Below, in pieces: positions 1-8,587 of a stretch of DNA of 50,072 bases. Below the pieces are notes generated by a model. It was given only the letters and a program-made list of their open reading frames with translations. It was not told the origin of the DNA and ran no database searches. The position numbers were made by a program, and so were the translations under genes. This DNA is from Candidatus Zixiibacteriota bacterium. Lineage in GTDB: Bacteria > Zixibacteria > MSB-5A5 > UBA10806. The stretch spans positions 1-50,072 of the forward strand of contig JAZGHS010000114.1 of assembly GCA_036481315.1 (NCBI GenBank), given 5' to 3'. How positions within the stretch are numbered: position 1 is the first letter of the stretch; every line of letters starts with the position of its first letter.

Positions 1-145
1 TAAAGAGAATCAGCCCGCCTAAGGGGAAGATGATAATTAAAAGTGTCCAGAGGAATTTCGCGGTTAAGCTCAATGTCGAACCCCAGCATCGCAGGACCGC
101 CCAGAGATCGGCAATTAAAAGTAGAATCGCGCCGAGTTCCATCAT
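1..145 (-). CDS. Small membrane protein, PLDc N-terminal-like (partial, runs off window start); paralog of 2183-2371
   Basis: Minus strand reads MMELGAILLLIADLWAVLRCWGSTLSLTAKFLWTLLIIIFPLGGLILF from ATG at 145 with GGGAGGT RBS; near-identical to the 62-aa ORF at 2183-2371. Confidence 0.75.
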   Translation of the reverse strand, partial: MMELGAILLLIADLWAVLRCWGSTLSLTAKFLWTLLIIIFPLGGLILF

Positions 146-290
146 AGTATACCTCCCTTTTCAATATAATATACACGCATATACCGTTATAATTCAAGCT
201 GATTCCAGCCTGTAGAGGGGCGAGTTTGTAAGACCCGCCAAATATCGTAATAACATGTTGACAAAGTCCACGTCATTATTGACATTAATT
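1..290. repeat. Direct repeat copy 1 (>=270 bp; partner at 2227-2516)
   Basis: Sequence from base 1 aligns with 2227 onward (offset 2226) with scattered substitutions through the small gene, its upstream region and TTGACA motifs. Confidence 0.95.
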
Positions 291-404
291 TTTACAACCC
301 CCCCCGGAATATAGGAGTCTTGAATTATGTCGTTTTTGAAGACGATTAGTACCGCAAGGTTGGATTTTCAAAGATAATTATTGATTCAAAAATAGGAGGA
401 AATC

Positions 405-1430
405 GTGACAGGGAAAAATGCCGGAGAGATGGCCAAAAAATTCGCCCCTATATTTGCGCAAAAGGTGAGCGAAGAGTGGATATTAGCCGACCAAATCGCA
501 CCTTTAGATTTAAGTAAATCGATTGCTAATGTCGCAAAAAACCCAGATACATTTTTAAAATTAATAAGTCCTGACAAATTTACAGACGTAACGAAAGAAA
601 ACCTTCTTAATGCTAAGGTCTATTTTAGCGTATGCGAAACACATACTCACTATTTTATTGTTTATGCAGTTTACCATGTTTTAGATTGGTATAAGCGATT
701 TAAGCCAAATAATATTTATGATTGGATCAGGGATAAATGCGATGAACACGTCCATGATATGGAAGGGGCGCTATTCGTAATTTCAAAGACAAATGATATT
801 AAGGGTAAACTTCGTTTAGACGGTTTGATAACTGTTAGTCATCATGATTTTTATTTATATACGGAACCTCTTATTATCGATCCTTCTCAAAATAAGGATC
901 ATAAACGTGCCTATGGTCGGAAGAATTTGCGTATAGTGAATTTCAGAGAATCTGTTGATGGTAACATCTGGATAGATAAAAACACTAAAAGACCTAAACT
1001 ATACATCCAATCCAGGGGCCATGGAATCCGAGGTGATCATGAGGATTGGGGCGGGGGTGATCAAATTTGGTATTATCAGTTGAAATCTAATGAAAAACCA
1101 GCGGGAACATCAGATGCAAGTGAAAAAACTCGCCCTGTAGATTACTTACTTGAGGATATTTTTAAAAAAGATGGCTTATGGGAAAACCGTACAAACGATA
1201 GAGTATTCATACAAGGAATTAACAGTAAATGGTCATTTGCTGTTATAAAGAATGGAGACTATGTGTATGGCAAGGCAAATCCACCATGGTCATGGAATGA
1301 TAGAAATGATACCAGCCCAATGGGCGAAATCGCGACCGATCCCGCAAGTTTTATTATCCGATACGCTCAAGGCTGGGGACCCGTAAGTACCCAATATCTT
1401 TACAATCCGTATCAAAATATCGGGTATTAG
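405..1430 (+). CDS. Hypothetical protein with NPP1/NLP-like H-x-H-D-x-E motif
   Basis: 341-aa ORF, GTG start, AGGAGG RBS; YFIVYAVYH..DW, EHVHDMEG, YIQSRGHG, ANPPWSW motifs. Confidence 0.6.
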   Translation: MTGKNAGEMAKKFAPIFAQKVSEEWILADQIAPLDLSKSIANVAKNPDTFLKLISPDKFTDVTKENLLNAKVYFSVCETHTHYFIVYAVYHVLDWYKRFKPNNIYDWIRDKCDEHVHDMEGALFVISKTNDIKGKLRLDGLITVSHHDFYLYTEPLIIDPSQNKDHKRAYGRKNLRIVNFRESVDGNIWIDKNTKRPKLYIQSRGHGIRGDHEDWGGGDQIWYYQLKSNEKPAGTSDASEKTRPVDYLLEDIFKKDGLWENRTNDRVFIQGINSKWSFAVIKNGDYVYGKANPPWSWNDRNDTSPMGEIATDPASFIIRYAQGWGPVSTQYLYNPYQNIGY

Positions 1431-1502
1431 GGCTGGTGTCTATTCGAATTAGAAAACCTTCGAAATGTCAGGTTAAAAGTATTTTTTAATGAGGAGGAAA
1501 TT

Positions 1503-2059
1503 ATGACTAACCATGGTTTTTTTCCGGAAGGCCGCAAACCGAATGGCTTGAGGACGTTAATGGACCTGATCGGGATATGCGCATACTTAATGACTTTTTT
1601 TACACTGACCCCAACGGTAAGAACTGGAGCGCCCCGACAGACTGTATTGTTGATGGAGCGAGTATTCCGCGTCCATTATGGACTTTGGTCGGTAGTCCAT
1701 ACACCGACGACTATCGCCGCGCATCAGTTGTCCATGACGTTGCCTGTGATAATCCTAATGTAAAGCGGAAAGACGCCGATGTTATGTTTTATCACGCTTG
1801 TAGAGCGGGCGGTTGTTCGGCCCGAAAAGCGAAATTATTATACCTTGGAGTAAGAATTGGCGTATGGTCTCGTGAGACTTTACCTGAGGCTGCACTTTCA
1901 AAAGAACGACTTTACGTTGATATTCCGATTCAAGCTGATAGCGATGCGAAGAAGATCCAGAATATGTTCTTGGAGATAGCCGATGAATTAAGAACCATTG
2001 ATGACGAAGCGACACTTGAGCAGTTAGATAAGGTCATTTCAAAACATTTACAGTTCTGA
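1503..2059 (+). pseudogene. DUF1353-like protein interrupted by a frameshift in a T7 run (or expressed by slippage)
   Basis: GAGGAGG RBS before ATG 1503; one extra T at 1517-1523 joins MTNHGFF to SGRPQTEWLEDVNGPDRD-MRILNDFFYTDP; DGASIPR and ASVVHD motifs typical of DUF1353. Confidence 0.7.
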
Positions 2060-2097
2060 TCTTCCGTTGGGCTGATAGATGAAAAATATTGTTCCCT

Positions 2098-2156
2098 GTA
2101 CGGTCAAGTCTCCGTACTTGACCCTCTACAATCGTCAGGTACGGAGACCTGACGAC
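2098..2156. repeat. REP-like palindrome doublet
   Basis: GTACGGTCAAGTCTCCGTACTTGACCC followed by inverted TCGTCAGGTACGGAGACCTGACGAC between convergent genes. Confidence 0.6.
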
Positions 2157-2182
2157 ATCCGGCTGGGATCGGATATGGCCTA

Positions 2183-2371
2183 TTACCTGTAATGCGCCGA
2201 TGCAGGCCTGGCCCTACCAAACAGAATAAAGAGAATCAGCCCGCCTAAGGGGAAGATGATAATTAAAAGTGTCCATAGTAATTTCGCGGTTAAGCTCAAT
2301 GTCGAACCCCAGCATCGCAGGACCGCCCAGAGATCGGCGATCAGAAGCAGTATCGCGCCTAATTCTATCAT
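2183..2371 (-). CDS. Small two-TM membrane protein (PLDc N-terminal-like)
   Basis: 62 aa; KLLWTLLIIIFPLGGLILFILFGR matches the K-x-x-W...P-x-x-G..(Y/F)...G pattern; GGGAGGT RBS. Confidence 0.75.
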   Translation of the reverse strand: MIELGAILLLIADLWAVLRCWGSTLSLTAKLLWTLLIIIFPLGGLILFILFGRARPASAHYR

Positions 2372-2516
2372 CCTATACCTCCCTTTTCAATATAATATAC
2401 ACGCATATACCGCTAAAATTCAAGCTGATTCCAGCCTGTAGAGGGACGGGTTTGTAAGACACGCCAAATATCGTAATAACATGTTGACAAAGTTCACGAC
2501 TTTATAAATATTGACA
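2227..2516. repeat. Direct repeat copy 2 (partner at 1-290)
   Basis: Aligns to window start. Confidence 0.95.
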
Positions 2517-2539
2517 TTGATACCCACCCCGGGTAATAT
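2511..2539 (+). promoter_or_regulatory. Sigma70-type promoter for the 2587 gene
   Basis: TTGACA-17 bp-TAATAT. Confidence 0.55.
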
Positions 2540-2586
2540 ATTTATACAAAAGCGCGATTTACGTTAAGCTTAAATCAGGAGTCATT

Positions 2587-3276
2587 ATGAAAAACGAAAT
2601 CTTACGGTATTGGAAGTGCCGGATCACGATTATGGCGCTGGTAATACTATGTGTAGCGTTTTCCGATGCAATTGCCGGGGGCAAGGTGGGAATCTATGGC
2701 ATTCGCATGACACCCAGCGGTAAAGACGCGGAAAATTACAGCCGGCCGGGTTGGGGAGGGGGATTTCACGTTGTCGTCCCTGTTCCACAACTCCGGAACG
2801 GGGTTGCGGGTGTGGCGGGAATTGATATCGCGAATCTGTTGAGCGAAACCACTGAATACATAGATGGAATAACTGGGTTTAGAGTTGAACAGCAAACCAG
2901 CCAGGATTATGTAAGAACATATATTGGCTCTCAGGTAGGGGGACACGGCAACGGGTTCATTCGCCCTCACGCCGGGATAAACCTGGCGCTGGTATATTAT
3001 GGAATTAAGACCGACGTTGTAGTTCCCGATGACAGCGATCGTGAGAACGAAATTCGGCAAAATCTTAGTAAAGAGAACCACTGGGTTTTCGGTTACGATA
3101 TCACCCTCGGAGTAGATTTGAATTTTTCCAATAAAATCGCGCTTGACGGAGGCGTAAGGTATTTGAAAACCTTTTCTCTACCGCAGCAGCTTGGCGAAAA
3201 TTCGGTTAAAATCCATCCACAGTATTTTCAAGTCTATATCGGGATAGGGGTGTCGTTTCGTATGATGAAGCAATAA
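2587..3276 (+). CDS. Outer-membrane beta-barrel-like protein
   Basis: Signal peptide, alternating amphipathic beta strands, C-terminal YIGIGVSF; AGGAG RBS. Confidence 0.7.
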   Translation: MKNEILRYWKCRITIMALVILCVAFSDAIAGGKVGIYGIRMTPSGKDAENYSRPGWGGGFHVVVPVPQLRNGVAGVAGIDIANLLSETTEYIDGITGFRVEQQTSQDYVRTYIGSQVGGHGNGFIRPHAGINLALVYYGIKTDVVVPDDSDRENEIRQNLSKENHWVFGYDITLGVDLNFSNKIALDGGVRYLKTFSLPQQLGENSVKIHPQYFQVYIGIGVSFRMMKQ

Positions 3277-3308
3277 CCGCTCCCGGAGGTTATTCTCAGA
3301 GAGGAATA

Positions 3309-4823
3309 ATGGAATTTACACGATTAGCAAAGCGCTTGATGGTAATTCTCCTTGCCTGCTCCTGCTTTCAGCCCTTGACAACAGTAGCGCAGGTGATTGA
3401 TTTCGCTGGCGCGGAGTTTCACGAGCCTGTCGATGTGGAGTATTGGAAGCAGCATCCCCGGAATGGGGTCGACGTTACCCCCTTTCTACGCAAAGGTAAA
3501 GTTATGTTCCGTCATCCAATTTCTTTTAGGGGTGCTCGATTTTATTCCATGTCTGATTTTAACTATGCTCAGTTTAATTCCGCGACTGAATTTAATAATG
3601 TGCAGTTTAACTTCGCTGCTGGTTTTTATCGTGCTCAATTTAATTCTAAGATTGATTATAGACTGGCGCATTTTCATTCCTCAGTTGATTTTGAATCTGC
3701 AGTTTTTAATTCCACGGTTGATTATAATTATGCTCATTTTGATTCTTCGGCTAATTTTAAATTTGCAGATTTTCAATCCACGGCTGATTTTTCTGGTGCG
3801 CGTTTCTTTTCCTCAGCTGAATTTTTTAACGCTCAAATTCATTCCACGGCTGATTTTTCTAATGCTGGCTTTGCTTCCTGGGCTGAATTTTTAAATGTTC
3901 AATTTCATTCCACGGCTGATTTTGCAGATGCAGTTTTTCTTTCAGACGCTTATTTTGAATTTGTAGATTTTCATTCCACAGTTGATTTTGAATTTGCGAA
4001 TTTTCATACCATGGCCAATTTTCGCGGGGCTCGGTTTAAAGATAAGGTTAGTTTTAATAATTCTACATTACCGGATAGTCTGGATTTTAGAGAGGTTATT
4101 AATATTGCAAATGAAATTGATTTCACATATTCGAATCCACCTAGCGAAAACGAGAAATGCCATATTGCTCTTGCCGGAACCGATATAGATAAGATCAAGA
4201 TTAACATGAGGCTCTTTGAGCTATGGTTTCCTGCTGATACCACCTTCATTGTTTCGCTTGCCGCCAGTGACACAATCCGATTGATCGACCGGATTGACAG
4301 CTCCAGCTACGATGAGAAAACCAGCGTCTACGAATCTGTGTTGAAAAAACTCCAAGACGATGGTTTCATGGATAGCTACCGAATTCTGGATATAAATTAC
4401 CGCGAATTCAAATACCGACATGAAGGCGGTCTTAACTGGTACGTTGCGAACACCTTTCATCGGTTGTGGTGGAACTATGCATATTCCAAAGAGCTTATAT
4501 TCCTATGGACTCTTGGCTTTTTGCTTCTGTTTTCAACGCTGAATATTAACTTCTATCGAAGACTGAGTGAAGATGTATATGCTATTCCATTTCTGGGAGA
4601 ATGGGACAATGATAGCATGCGTTGGCCAAAGAGTTGGATATATTATTGGCTACAGGTGGTGACCTATACATCGATTATTTTCTTCGGCTTAAAGATGGAT
4701 ATTTCAAAATTCAAGCAGGGAGTGATCCGAAGCCATCCATTTCTGTTTGCCTATCTGATGTTCATCTATGTACTCGGACTGGTCTGTATGGGCTTTATAG
4801 TTAACATTATTTTCACAAGGTAA
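3309..4823 (+). CDS. Pentapeptide-repeat protein with C-terminal membrane domain
   Basis: Signal peptide, ~15 repeats of F-x-S-T-(A/V)-D-F-x-x-A-x, then three hydrophobic segments. Confidence 0.8.
   Translation: MEFTRLAKRLMVILLACSCFQPLTTVAQVIDFAGAEFHEPVDVEYWKQHPRNGVDVTPFLRKGKVMFRHPISFRGARFYSMSDFNYAQFNSATEFNNVQFNFAAGFYRAQFNSKIDYRLAHFHSSVDFESAVFNSTVDYNYAHFDSSANFKFADFQSTADFSGARFFSSAEFFNAQIHSTADFSNAGFASWAEFLNVQFHSTADFADAVFLSDAYFEFVDFHSTVDFEFANFHTMANFRGARFKDKVSFNNSTLPDSLDFREVINIANEIDFTYSNPPSENEKCHIALAGTDIDKIKINMRLFELWFPADTTFIVSLAASDTIRLIDRIDSSSYDEKTSVYESVLKKLQDDGFMDSYRILDINYREFKYRHEGGLNWYVANTFHRLWWNYAYSKELIFLWTLGFLLLFSTLNINFYRRLSEDVYAIPFLGEWDNDSMRWPKSWIYYWLQVVTYTSIIFFGLKMDISKFKQGVIRSHPFLFAYLMFIYVLGLVCMGFIVNIIFTR
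3560..4050 (+). repeat. Degenerate 33-bp coding tandem repeat
   Basis: Recurrent TTTCATTCCACGGCTGATTTT-like units at 33/66-bp spacing. Confidence 0.8.
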
Positions 4824-4869
4824 CGCCGTTATTTGGGGTAGACTCATGACGCCTGCCGACTACGAAAGC

Positions 4870-5583
4870 TTATCCCCAGCCCTCCCTGGCCAGCACATCG
4901 ATCAGGATGAAATCAGCAGACTTCGACGCTTCCAGCAGAATCTCCGTTTCGCCGGAGATCCGCGCCTGGTCGCTCTTATTCAATATCTCGCCGTTGATCC
5001 TCAACTCACCGTCGGTAACATATATAAATACCATACGGGAATCGTCGGTGATATATTCGATTTTTTTACCGGATTCAAGAGCACCTTTATATATGGATGC
5101 GTCGGTATTAATCGATACGACATCATCGGAATCCTGTCCCGAAGCGATCTGCAGGAGCCGGTTACGCCATTTCGACGGCTCAAACGACATCTGACCGTAC
5201 GACGGCTTCAATCCTTTTCTGTCGGGAAATATCCAGATCTGGTAGAAATGAACCGGCTTATCTCCCTGGTTGTGTTCGGAATGAGTCAACCCGGTCCCGG
5301 CCGACATCCGCTGGACGTCACCCGCTTTGATAATGGTCTTATTGCCCATGCTGTCCTCGTGAGCGATCTCGCCTGAGAGCACCACGGTTACAATCTCCAT
5401 CTCATGATGAGGATGTGACGGGAATCCGGCCCCCCGCTCGACTATATCGTCGTTGAATACCCGTAACGCGCCATGGTTGATATTGGCCGGATCATTATAG
5501 TCGGCAAACGAGAATAACCAGTATGTCTTCAGCCATCCGAAATCGGAATAGTGACGTTGATCCGCTTTGATTATCTTAATCAT
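4870..5583 (-). CDS. Pirin family protein (YhhW-like)
   Basis: GF-x-x-HPH-x-x-MEI, HEDSMG, MSAGTG-x-x-HSE, QIW motifs. Confidence 0.95.
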   Translation of the reverse strand: MIKIIKADQRHYSDFGWLKTYWLFSFADYNDPANINHGALRVFNDDIVERGAGFPSHPHHEMEIVTVVLSGEIAHEDSMGNKTIIKAGDVQRMSAGTGLTHSEHNQGDKPVHFYQIWIFPDRKGLKPSYGQMSFEPSKWRNRLLQIASGQDSDDVVSINTDASIYKGALESGKKIEYITDDSRMVFIYVTDGELRINGEILNKSDQARISGETEILLEASKSADFILIDVLAREGWG

Positions 5584-5628
5584 CTCAATCCTAATTACAT
5601 TGTATCCAGCCCGGATGTTTCATCTTGC

Positions 5629-5994
5629 TTACCCGGCCAGTTTATCGAGTTTATGCCTTAACGGATTCAACGGTAAAAGCCCGGTGATTCTCTCGGCCTG
5701 CTTGCCGCCCTTGAATGTTATCATTGTCGGAATCGATTTTATCCCGAACTTGGCCGCTGTTTGCGGATTCTGATCTACATTCAGCTTGAAAATATTGACC
5801 CGTCCCTCGTACTCCGGACCGACATCGTCCAAAAGCCCGCCCATAACCTTGCACGGCGCGCACCATGACGCCCAAAAGTCGACCAGCGCTGGAATTTCCG
5901 AATCGATTACTTCGCGTTGAAAAGTCCCGTCGGTAACCTGCCTCGGCCTGCCCGGCTTCGGAGGTTTATTGAAAAGTTTGCCTAAAAATCCCAT
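5629..5994 (-). CDS. trxA: Thioredoxin
   Basis: VDFWASWCAPC, FGIKSIPT; start placed at ATG 5994 (GGAG RBS) rather than 6141. Confidence 0.9.
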   Translation of the reverse strand: MGFLGKLFNKPPKPGRPRQVTDGTFQREVIDSEIPALVDFWASWCAPCKVMGGLLDDVGPEYEGRVNIFKLNVDQNPQTAAKFGIKSIPTMITFKGGKQAERITGLLPLNPLRHKLDKLAG

Positions 5995-6265
5995 GATACC
6001 AAATCTCCATATGATGAATTTCTTTTTATCGTCTTCATGCTCTCCCTGCGAAGGAAATAACCGGTTTAGTCTATTAACGTCGATATCGTTAGCTTGGTTC
6101 CTGATCGTTAGATAATAGAAGTTCATATTAGGTATGGACATATAACTCTATTAATAATTAAGGGATAATTATATAAGTAGTAATTATACTCAATAACGCG
6201 ATCGGAATTGTCGATAGTAGTTTTAGAGAAAATTGAGGCTACTCACCAAAACTTGGGGGAAGAAA

Positions 6266-6673
6266 ATGAAATTGAATCAAAGCCTTATAACAACAATCCT
6301 GATTCTGGCCGTGTCGGCAATCTTAATCGGATGCGGTAAGAAAGCGAATCCGATTAGTCCTTTTCAACCGGAAGTAAGCAATCTTCAGGATAATTTTCAG
6401 TTCCAGGCTACCGGTCTTACCAATATGACCACCTCGGTTTCCTACAACTGGGAAAACAGCGGCACGTCGGCTAATGTCGATCAATCGTGCGCAATCACCG
6501 CGGGATCAGCGTCGGTTACAATCAGCGACGTTGTCGGAACCGAGATGTATAGCGGCGATCTTATTGAAGGCGGTTCGTTTGTCAGCAGCCAGGGCACGGC
6601 GGGTACATGGGTGATCACCCTTAGCCTTTACGATGTGAATGGTACGGTTAATTTCCGGGTGCAGACGCCGTAA
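6266..6673 (+). CDS. Hypothetical lipoprotein
   Basis: MKLNQ...ILIGC lipobox; beta-rich Ser/Thr-rich body. Confidence 0.7.
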   Translation: MKLNQSLITTILILAVSAILIGCGKKANPISPFQPEVSNLQDNFQFQATGLTNMTTSVSYNWENSGTSANVDQSCAITAGSASVTISDVVGTEMYSGDLIEGGSFVSSQGTAGTWVITLSLYDVNGTVNFRVQTP

Positions 6674-6676
6674 GGA

Positions 6677-7267
6677 TTATATCCAGCCGAATCTTAGACG
6701 GCTCCTGTAGGCGTGCCAGCTGAATAGAGCGCCGACTATAAATAAGGCGACAGTTAAGGCAAGTCCGAACCTCGAATAGACCTGCGCCCCTAATATTATC
6801 TCGCTGATCAACAAATACAGGCAAAAGGCGGCCATCTTCTTTCTTGTTGATCTCAACGGGCCGATTTCGGTAAGGATATCATCGGGTAATCTCGGCCCCA
6901 ATATGCCTTTCAGGGCGCCGTCGATTTTTGGCTGAATATTAAAATTGACATGGGCAAGAAGAAAAGTAAGCGCGATAAGCAACAGTATCTTCAGGCCGAT
7001 TATCAAGTCTGTCCAGAGGGCCGTTATTCCCAGGCTACCCAGGATCAACAATAATATGCCGGTGATAAAAACTGTCATTTGAAAGACGAAACATCGTCCG
7101 GCCCCTCCCCGGATGATATTCTCGAAATATTTATCGACATCGGTCGGAACGTCCCTGCCCATTCTTCCCCGCTCGTTAACGACAATAAGGTTATAAAGCG
7201 GAACAGACATGAAAACGGCGGTAATAATGTGTAAGAACCTTAAAAGATCATACATCATTGCCTCCAT
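6677..7267 (-). CDS. Hypothetical multi-pass membrane protein
   Basis: About five hydrophobic segments, LRFLHII near N-terminus; true start probably the downstream ATG after GGAGG. Confidence 0.75.
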   Translation of the reverse strand: MEAMMYDLLRFLHIITAVFMSVPLYNLIVVNERGRMGRDVPTDVDKYFENIIRGGAGRCFVFQMTVFITGILLLILGSLGITALWTDLIIGLKILLLIALTFLLAHVNFNIQPKIDGALKGILGPRLPDDILTEIGPLRSTRKKMAAFCLYLLISEIILGAQVYSRFGLALTVALFIVGALFSWHAYRSRLRFGWI

Positions 7268-7381
7268 GACTTTCTAGGTTAAAAAATACGACATACCCAA
7301 ATCACCACACCGATACCTTTTAAGTTCATATTGAGTTTAGCCGCAACGACCATTTATTGCAAGGGAATTTAAGGAGATAGC

Positions 7382-8233
7382 TTATTTCCTGCCCACCGCC
7401 GCGATATGGTCGCTTAGAGGCAACAACGATCGATCCTCCTCAAGCATCCTTACTATCTCGAGAATCCGATCTCGTCTATCCGGTTTCTTCATGTCGGAAT
7501 CGTATTCGCGAATCAACCAACCGGGGCCCTCTATCGCCAGGATTTTATCAAGCTTAAATCCGGCCTCTTCCGTCTCGGGTTTTATCTCGTCGGGATGATG
7601 GAAATAGGCGGTCGTGAAATAATCGTTATTATCTGTAGTGTTTCTGTGCTGTCCATCCTTTAAATCTTGCTTGACTATCTCGAAAAACTCCGGATCGTGG
7701 ACGAAACCGAACACGAGTCCGTCAAGCACCGACGCGTACCGCGAAATATAGGTGGCGAATAAAACGCCGCCGTCGCGAAGAACCCGATATGCTTCCCGTA
7801 ATGCCTTTAACCTGTCATCCGGTTCGGTCAGGTGGTATAACGGTCCCATTAAGAGGACAACATCAACAGATGAATCGGGCGACTCAAGCGCGCGCGCGTC
7901 GCCTGAAGAGATACCGGCGATCGGATGATCGGGCTGTTTATCCGATTCTTCTTTCGCCTGTTTGAGATGTTTTTCCACCGGGTCGATCAAATGAACCTCG
8001 TACCCCATGCGGGCGAGGGGGCATGCGTACATCCCGGACGCGCCGCCGATATCGAGTACGACAGCAGGTGGTGGCGGCAGGTATCGTTCCAGAAGCTCGA
8101 TAGTTCGGGTGTACTCCAGCGACGTATAACCGCCTGCCAGACGGCTTGATTCGTCGTAGCTATCGTAATACGATAATATCTCGTCCACAACTCTCCCCGC
8201 TTTTGTCATTCTCGAATCAATTGACGACCGCAT
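7382..8233 (-). CDS. Class I SAM-dependent methyltransferase
   Basis: VLDIGGASG motif I, GDARAL, LLMGPLYHL. Confidence 0.9.
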   Translation of the reverse strand: MRSSIDSRMTKAGRVVDEILSYYDSYDESSRLAGGYTSLEYTRTIELLERYLPPPPAVVLDIGGASGMYACPLARMGYEVHLIDPVEKHLKQAKEESDKQPDHPIAGISSGDARALESPDSSVDVVLLMGPLYHLTEPDDRLKALREAYRVLRDGGVLFATYISRYASVLDGLVFGFVHDPEFFEIVKQDLKDGQHRNTTDNNDYFTTAYFHHPDEIKPETEEAGFKLDKILAIEGPGWLIREYDSDMKKPDRRDRILEIVRMLEEDRSLLPLSDHIAAVGRK

Positions 8234-8292
8234 AATACAATAGGAATTACGATTTCGGCAATTGTTTATTAGAAGTTTGATTAGATAGATTT

Positions 8293-8340
8293 GTAGGTCG
8301 GATTCCGAATGCCGACGCTAGTCGGGAGAGAAACCCGACA
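8293..8340 (+). repeat. GTAG-type REP-like palindrome (left border of kinase operon)
   Basis: GTAGGTCGGATTC...AAACCCGACA; inverted counterpart at 11469-11512. Confidence 0.7.
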
Positions 8341-8370
8341 TCGATGATAGAATAACAAGAAGCGAGTTTC

Positions 8371-8417
8371 AATCCCGGCGGTTTCAAACCCAAAGGCCGT
8401 CGGGATTTTTTTATTTT
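8371..8417 (+). terminator. Intrinsic terminator-like hairpin
   Basis: AATCCCGGCGGTTT...GGCCGTCGGGATT followed by a T-tract. Confidence 0.55.
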
Positions 8418-8587
8418 GGATTGGATTCCAGTAGGTTAAAACCTTTACGGTTTCGACAAAATAGTTAATTGCCGGATTATTCGAGTCGACCGGTTAAAGA
8501 CGGCAGGCCTTCGCCTGCAACTTGTTTTATTATCTTTGTAATAGACAATTGAGTTTCAGCGTGTTATTAACGAAAATACGACTCTAA

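Noticed and set aside
30-215. 61-aa plus-strand ORF repeated at 2256-2441
   Set aside because: Antisense to the small membrane gene, which has the RBS and the synonymous substitution pattern
3397-3894. Leu/Ile-rich 165-aa ORF resembling a membrane protein
   Set aside because: Alternative frame of the T-rich pentapeptide repeats
3560-4050. 33-bp periodic repeats as a CRISPR array
   Set aside because: Degenerate, in-frame coding repeats without unique spacers; no cas genes in window
4846-5376. 176-aa plus-strand ORF
   Set aside because: Antisense shadow of the pirin gene
5995-6141. 49-aa N-terminal extension of thioredoxin
   Set aside because: RBS sits before ATG 5994; the extension crosses the divergent promoter region
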